Below, piece after piece: positions 58,781 through 64,000 of a stretch of 64,000 nucleotides of DNA. The stretch comes from a virus. Each line of letters opens with the position of its first letter. Within the stretch, counting starts at the first letter, position 1. The translations under genes were made by a program, and so were the position numbers. The stretch covers positions 9,413-73,412 of the IMG/VR virus record IMGVR_UViG_3300028422_001962. The stretch is one strand, 5' to 3'. Under the pieces are notes generated by a model. The model ran no database searches. It was given only the letters and a program-made list of their open reading frames with translations, and was not told the origin of the DNA.

Positions 58781-59614
58781 ATGGCAAAGTTTAAAGACAC
58801 AATTTCTGCAAATGGTAATGAAATAGCTATTATTTCAGATGGAATTGATAATGACTATATCTCTCTTACGGATATAGCAAGATATAAAAGTGCTGAACCA
58901 AAGGATGTAATAAAAAATTGGATGCGTTCAAAATCCACAATTGAATTTTTGGGGTTATGGGAAAAACTCAATAATCCTAATTTTAAAGGGGTCGAATTCG
59001 ACTCCTTTAAAAATGAAGCAGGTGCAAATGCTTTTACTATGTCTCCACAGAAATGGATCGAAAGCACAGATGCTATTGGGGTAATTTCCAAGTCTGGCAG
59101 AAATGGCGGAACTTTTGCTCATAAAGATATCGCATTTGAATTTGCTTCATGGGTATCAGCTGAATTTAAGCTGTATATTATCAAGGACTATCAAAGGCTG
59201 AAAGCTGATGAAAGCAACCGTTTGTCTTTGGATTGGAATGTTAAGCGAACGCTTGCCAAAATAAATTATAAAATACATACAGATGCAATTAAAGAGAACA
59301 TTATTCCAAAGTGTGTTACTGAACAGCAGAAAAAATATTCATATGCATCGGAAGCGGATATATTGAATGTCGCATTGTTTGGCATGACAGCGACAGAATG
59401 GAAAAAGTCAAATAGTGAACTAAAGGGTAATATCCGTGATTATGCAACTGTTCAGCAACTTGTAGTGCTGACTAATCTGGAAAGCTTGAATGCTGAATAC
59501 ATACGTCAATGTTTATCGCCAAATGAAAGACTTATGAAACTCAATGAAGCGGCAATTAATCAAATGAAGTCGCTGTCGGGTAATTTTAGCGTAAACAGAC
59601 TTGAGAGTAAATAG
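58781..59614 (+). CDS. KilA-N domain DNA-binding protein
   Basis: DYISLTDIAR, NWMR, GRNGGTFAHKDIAFEFASW; own TATAAT upstream and terminator at ~59617-59657. Confidence 0.88.
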   Translation: MAKFKDTISANGNEIAIISDGIDNDYISLTDIARYKSAEPKDVIKNWMRSKSTIEFLGLWEKLNNPNFKGVEFDSFKNEAGANAFTMSPQKWIESTDAIGVISKSGRNGGTFAHKDIAFEFASWVSAEFKLYIIKDYQRLKADESNRLSLDWNVKRTLAKINYKIHTDAIKENIIPKCVTEQQKKYSYASEADILNVALFGMTATEWKKSNSELKGNIRDYATVQQLVVLTNLESLNAEYIRQCLSPNERLMKLNEAAINQMKSLSGNFSVNRLESK

Positions 59615-59724
59615 AGAAAAATGTGCTTTGTGAACAATTCACAAGGCGCATTTTTTGTGACTTTAGTAATAGATATTCCGTACGGAATGTGGTATTGTTG
59701 TAATGAAAATTAGGAGGCGATAAA

Positions 59725-60612
59725 ATGAAGAAAAACAGAATCCTTCCCTTCGGCTACTGCATGCAAAACGGGGAAATCATTCCACAGCCTAAAGAAAGTG
59801 AAGCTGTCAAGCAGATTTTTATTTCTTACATAAACGGCGAATCTTTAAGCAATATCGCAGATATGATGACAGCTAATAATATTTCTTATCATGAATGCTC
59901 TGAAAAGTGGAACAAGAATATGATTAATCGTATACTTGAAAATGAAAAATATCTCGGTAATGATGAATACTTACCGATTATCTCACAGGAAGACTTTACA
60001 CTTGCCAATGCCAAAAAACAAAAAAAATCCACTAAAGTATGTGTTATTTCTGATGAACTGAATATAATCCGTGAAAGAACTTTTTGCAAGGAATGCGGAA
60101 AACGCTTAATTCGTATTGGAGGTAATAACCGTTCTGAAAAATGGGACTGCAGAAATGCAGAATGTTCAAGGCTGGGATTTCGATTAACTGACAATATACT
60201 TATTGGATCAGTGCTTAATGTACTAAATGCTGTAATTGCAAATCCAAAGCTACTAATTGCTCCACAGACTGAAAATACATATCAGCCGGATATGACGATA
60301 ACACGTCAGATAAATGAAATAGACAGGCTAATGGAAAATCCGGGTGTAAATTATGAAAGTGCAAAAGCTGAAATTGTAAAGCTTGCAGAGTTAAAATATA
60401 ACTGCTGTAATTATGATGACAGTCCACAGAAAACAGAACAGTTACTGTCTTTGATTTCTGAAAGAGAACAACTTAATACGCTTGATATTGACTTATATAA
60501 ATCCACAGTTTCACGGATTTATATAAGTCATTTTAATTTTATAGAGGTTGAATTTATAAACGGAAAAGTAATAAAAACTATTTTTGAAAGTGGTAATAAG
60601 TTTGAAAGATAA
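59725..60612 (+). CDS. Serine-recombinase family protein lacking the catalytic domain
   Basis: Starts at PFGY; ILENEKYLG; CKECG..C..C ribbon; no YxRVS motif. Confidence 0.85.
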   Translation: MKKNRILPFGYCMQNGEIIPQPKESEAVKQIFISYINGESLSNIADMMTANNISYHECSEKWNKNMINRILENEKYLGNDEYLPIISQEDFTLANAKKQKKSTKVCVISDELNIIRERTFCKECGKRLIRIGGNNRSEKWDCRNAECSRLGFRLTDNILIGSVLNVLNAVIANPKLLIAPQTENTYQPDMTITRQINEIDRLMENPGVNYESAKAEIVKLAELKYNCCNYDDSPQKTEQLLSLISEREQLNTLDIDLYKSTVSRIYISHFNFIEVEFINGKVIKTIFESGNKFER

Positions 60613-60706
60613 ATCTTTCAAACTACGAGTTTTATGCCTTTGAGGAATTAATTCCTCAATTTCCGATGTACCCTTTGGGTTCATCAGAAACCGTCACAAA
60701 ACATCG
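60598..60706. repeat. 109-nt multi-hairpin element, copy 2
   Basis: Overlaps the stop codon of recombinase 2 and abuts the RBS of recombinase 3. Confidence 0.9.
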
Positions 60707-60714
60707 AGAAAGGA

Positions 60715-62340
60715 ATGGTTATATTAATGACAGCTCAGAATGTTAAAATAATTCCCGCAACAACGAAAACAGCAGAAGGCAGAAATAAGTACCATCAGCT
60801 TAGTGTTGCTGCTTACTGCCGAGTTTCTACCGAACAGGAAGAACAGCAAAACAGCTACCAAGTTCAGATTGCATATTACACTGATAAAATCAATTCAAAT
60901 AAGGAATGGTCACTTGCCGGAATTTTTGCTGATGAGGGCATTTCGGGAACACAGGCAAAGAAACGTCCAGAATTTCTTCGAATGATTAGGCTGTGTGAAA
61001 AAGGGAAAATTGACCTTGTGCTTTCAAAATCAATTTCAAGATTTGCACGAAATACTGTTGACTGTCTTGAATATGTAAGAAGGCTCAAAGAAAAAGGTAT
61101 TGGGGTTATTTTTGAAAAGGAAAATATCAATACTCTCACTATGACCAGTGAATTTATGATTGCTTTATACGGAAGCTTTGCACAGGCAGAAAGCGAATCA
61201 ATCAGCAAAAATGTTACCTGGGGCAAGCAAAAAGCTTATGCTGATGGGAAAGTTGCTTTTCAGTATAAACATTTACTGGGTTATAAAAAAGGCTCTGACG
61301 GAAATCCGGAAATTGTTCCCGAAGAAGCTGAAACTGTTAAAATGATATTTGAAATGTTCCTTGACGGATTGAGCTATGTGGATATTTGTGACAGGCTGAA
61401 TGCTCTTGAAAGAAAAACTGCCCATGGCAATACTGAATGGCACAGGGACTGTATCGGTAATATTCTAAAAAATGAAAAGTACGTTGGCGATGCGTTATTG
61501 CAAAAAACTTTCACAGTTGATTGCATAACAAAAAAGGTACAGAAAAATAACGGGGAACGTCCTATGTACCTAGTTTCAAATCATCATGAGGCAATAATTG
61601 ACCGAGATATGTTCAATCGTGTTCAGCAAGAGCTTGCAAGGCGAGTTTCTAAGCGTAAAACTTCTGATAAAACTATAACCCAGCAAGGCAAATATTCAAG
61701 CAAATACGCACTTTCCGAACTTCTTATATGTGGTAACTGCGGTTCACCATATCGCAGAGCAGTATGGACTTCAAGAGGGAAACGGCAAGTTGTATGGCGG
61801 TGCATAAGCCGACTTGAACACGGGAAAAAATACTGTACTCTATCACCGACAATGCACGAGGAAAAGCTTCAGACTGCGATTTTACAAGCGGTAAATGAAT
61901 ACCTTGGCTGTCGTGATGAAATTGCTAAAATACTGAAAGCCAATATTGGTACTGTACTTGAATGTCAGGGGCAAGAGAAAATATTGTTTCTTGAAAAACG
62001 GCTTGGTGAACTTGATAATGCAAGAAATGATATAATTGCACTGATTGCATCTGGTGGCTGTGATGAAGAAAAAATGGACACGGAATTTGCAAAACTTTAT
62101 ACAGAGGAACATGCTATAAATGAGCAGTTATTAGAACTGAAGGGAAAAATCAAATTATCGGCAGATACTAAAAATAAGATAGATACTGCAATGAATATGA
62201 TTGAGAATGAAAAATTCGAACTTGAGTTTTTCGATAATGTCATTATCCGCAAGCTGATTGAATGTATAAAAGTCCTTAACAAAACGGAGATCCTTATAAT
62301 CTTCAAGGGCGGAGTTGAGGTTAAGGCAGAGATTGAATAA
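60715..62340 (+). CDS. Large serine recombinase 3 (start may be 60727)
   Basis: [35 protein letters not shown], coiled coil. Confidence 0.93.
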   Translation: MVILMTAQNVKIIPATTKTAEGRNKYHQLSVAAYCRVSTEQEEQQNSYQVQIAYYTDKINSNKEWSLAGIFADEGISGTQAKKRPEFLRMIRLCEKGKIDLVLSKSISRFARNTVDCLEYVRRLKEKGIGVIFEKENINTLTMTSEFMIALYGSFAQAESESISKNVTWGKQKAYADGKVAFQYKHLLGYKKGSDGNPEIVPEEAETVKMIFEMFLDGLSYVDICDRLNALERKTAHGNTEWHRDCIGNILKNEKYVGDALLQKTFTVDCITKKVQKNNGERPMYLVSNHHEAIIDRDMFNRVQQELARRVSKRKTSDKTITQQGKYSSKYALSELLICGNCGSPYRRAVWTSRGKRQVVWRCISRLEHGKKYCTLSPTMHEEKLQTAILQAVNEYLGCRDEIAKILKANIGTVLECQGQEKILFLEKRLGELDNARNDIIALIASGGCDEEKMDTEFAKLYTEEHAINEQLLELKGKIKLSADTKNKIDTAMNMIENEKFELEFFDNVIIRKLIECIKVLNKTEILIIFKGGVEVKAEIE

Positions 62341-62407
62341 TAATAAATAGCTTTACGGTCTGCAGAAAGTGCAGATCGTTTTTTATTGCAGGAGGTGATG
62401 AATTTAT

Positions 62408-63481
62408 ATGCCAAATAATTATGACGGTATCAAAACACAGAAGTTCGGTATTGAGGTTGAAATGACAGGTATAACCCGTGGAAAAGCTGCAAAGGTTGTT
62501 GCACAATTTTTTAATACCGAGGCTGAGCATTTCGGTGGGAGCTATGATATGTACAGAATTACAGACTCACAGGGCAGAACATGGAAAATCATGTCCGATG
62601 CAAGTATTCGCTGTACGAAAAAAGACGGCACTTCCGCAACAAAAATGTATTCGGTAGAATTCGTAACTCCTGTATGCCAATATGATGATATTGAGGATAT
62701 TCAGCAGATTATTCGTGATTTGCGTACAGCCGGCGGTATCTGCAACGACTCAACAGGTATTCATATCCACATAAATGCTGAGCCTTATGATGCGAAAACA
62801 CTCCGAAATCTTGTTAACATTATTTCAAGCAAGGAAAATATGATTTACCGAGCCTTACAAGTTGATTATGGTCGGCAAAACTACTGCAAAAAGGTGGACA
62901 GGGATTTTCTTGAAAGGATTAATAAAGAAAAGCCCTCCACTATGGAGAAACTGAAAAATTTGTGGTATAACGGTCATGATGGTTCGGGTGTTCATTACCA
63001 CAATTCAAGGTATCATCTGCTAAATTTGCATTCTGTCTTTTCAAAAGGAACAGTTGAAATTCGTGCATTCAACAGCACTCTTCATGCCGGAGTTTTACGC
63101 TCATACTTAATTCTCTGTCTTGCGATAAGCAATCAGGCTTTACAGCAAAAATCTGCTCAGTGTCGGGAAACACTGAGCAGTAATGAAAAATACACGTTTC
63201 GAACATGGCTTTTGCGACTTGGATTGATTGGTGATGAGTTCAAGAACTGCAGAAGTCATTTACTTTCCCATCTTGACGGCTGTATTGCATGGAAAAATCC
63301 AGAGGATGCTATTGCTCAGCGTGAAAGGTTAAAACAAGAGCGTATTACCCAGCAGGGGCAAAATGTCGAGCCTGTGTCGGCTTCTCAGGAAGAATCCGTG
63401 ATAACACCCGATGAAAATGAAACTGCCGTTGTAAGCGGATTTGAGGAAGAAAATGAAGAAAGCTTTGAAATGAGTATGTAA
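62408..63481 (+). CDS. Amidoligase_2 (COOH-NH2 ligase) family protein
   Basis: FGIEVE, DASI, VEFVTP, GIHIH, TVEIRAF. Confidence 0.88.
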   Translation: MPNNYDGIKTQKFGIEVEMTGITRGKAAKVVAQFFNTEAEHFGGSYDMYRITDSQGRTWKIMSDASIRCTKKDGTSATKMYSVEFVTPVCQYDDIEDIQQIIRDLRTAGGICNDSTGIHIHINAEPYDAKTLRNLVNIISSKENMIYRALQVDYGRQNYCKKVDRDFLERINKEKPSTMEKLKNLWYNGHDGSGVHYHNSRYHLLNLHSVFSKGTVEIRAFNSTLHAGVLRSYLILCLAISNQALQQKSAQCRETLSSNEKYTFRTWLLRLGLIGDEFKNCRSHLLSHLDGCIAWKNPEDAIAQRERLKQERITQQGQNVEPVSASQEESVITPDENETAVVSGFEEENEESFEMSM

Positions 63482-63484
63482 AGT

Positions 63485-64000
63485 ATGAAAAACAAAAACT
63501 TCGAATATAGGAAGGACGATTACAAAATGAAAAATAAAACGCTATATATTGCCTATGGCAGTAACATCAATCTTGAACAAATGGCATGCCGATGTCCCAC
63601 AGCCACAAAGTTCGGATCTGGGACAATTTCAGATTATGAGTTGCAGTTCCGTCGGGTTGCTACAATTGAACCAAAGGTGAATTCAGAAGTTCCAGTTTTG
63701 TTGTGGGAGCTTGAACCAAGCGATGAAAAAAGCCTTGACAGATACGAGGGATATCCTAATTTTTATCGCAAAGAATATTTTGAGCTGGAGATTGATGGCG
63801 AAACCCGTGAGGCAATGGCTTACGTTATGAATGGCGGACAAATTAATGTTCCTTCAGAAGCTTACTACAATGGTATTGAAAAAGGATATATTGATAATGG
63901 GCTTGACATCGCTTATCTTGAAAAAGCTTTGGAACAGGCATATCAGACGGTTCAGGAATTTCAAAATTGTGAAGAAGGTTTTCAATTTGAGTTTGAGTAA
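63485..64000 (+). CDS. Gamma-glutamylcyclotransferase family protein (start may be 63527)
   Basis: YIAYGSN, LDRYEGYP..Y; stop at 64000. Confidence 0.88.
   Translation: MKNKNFEYRKDDYKMKNKTLYIAYGSNINLEQMACRCPTATKFGSGTISDYELQFRRVATIEPKVNSEVPVLLWELEPSDEKSLDRYEGYPNFYRKEYFELEIDGETREAMAYVMNGGQINVPSEAYYNGIEKGYIDNGLDIAYLEKALEQAYQTVQEFQNCEEGFQFEFE

Overview
A Clostridia-like (Firmicutes) mobile-element hotspot with no housekeeping genes, rRNA, tRNA or CRISPR array that I can support. At least three integrative elements lie in tandem. Two homologous junctions (~24.6-24.8 kb and ~52.1-52.3 kb) each end in a displaced 3' tail of a RumA/RlmD-type RNA methyltransferase gene. Element 1 (<1-24769) has a phage-type replication module (PolA, DUF2815 SSB, DUF2800 nuclease), an XRE/ImmA/Zn-ribbon/sigma control cascade, an IS30 insertion and a defence cargo (SNF2, type III RM, SbcCD, PLD nuclease, helicase-nuclease). 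Element 2 (24770-52232) is internally deleted and keeps mostly cargo: an SPFH operon, an AbiH/SIR2-like gene, an RloC-like ATPase, type I RM, McrBC, macro/vWA genes and an apparently inactive HD domain fused to a nuclease. Element 3 (>52275, more AT-rich) has WYL, a second XRE/ImmA/Zn-ribbon/sigma cascade, a candidate long structured RNA, an orphan MazF, three serine-recombinase genes, an amidoligase and a GGCT. The most notable non-coding signals are phased, wobble-variant copies of the rumA 'VDMFPRT' sequence at element ends, a 109-nt multi-hairpin before both catalytic recombinase genes, an IS30 with a 15-bp target duplication and a 20-bp subterminal array, and the RNA candidate upstream of MazF. 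Family calls come from motif recognition only; no searches were run.
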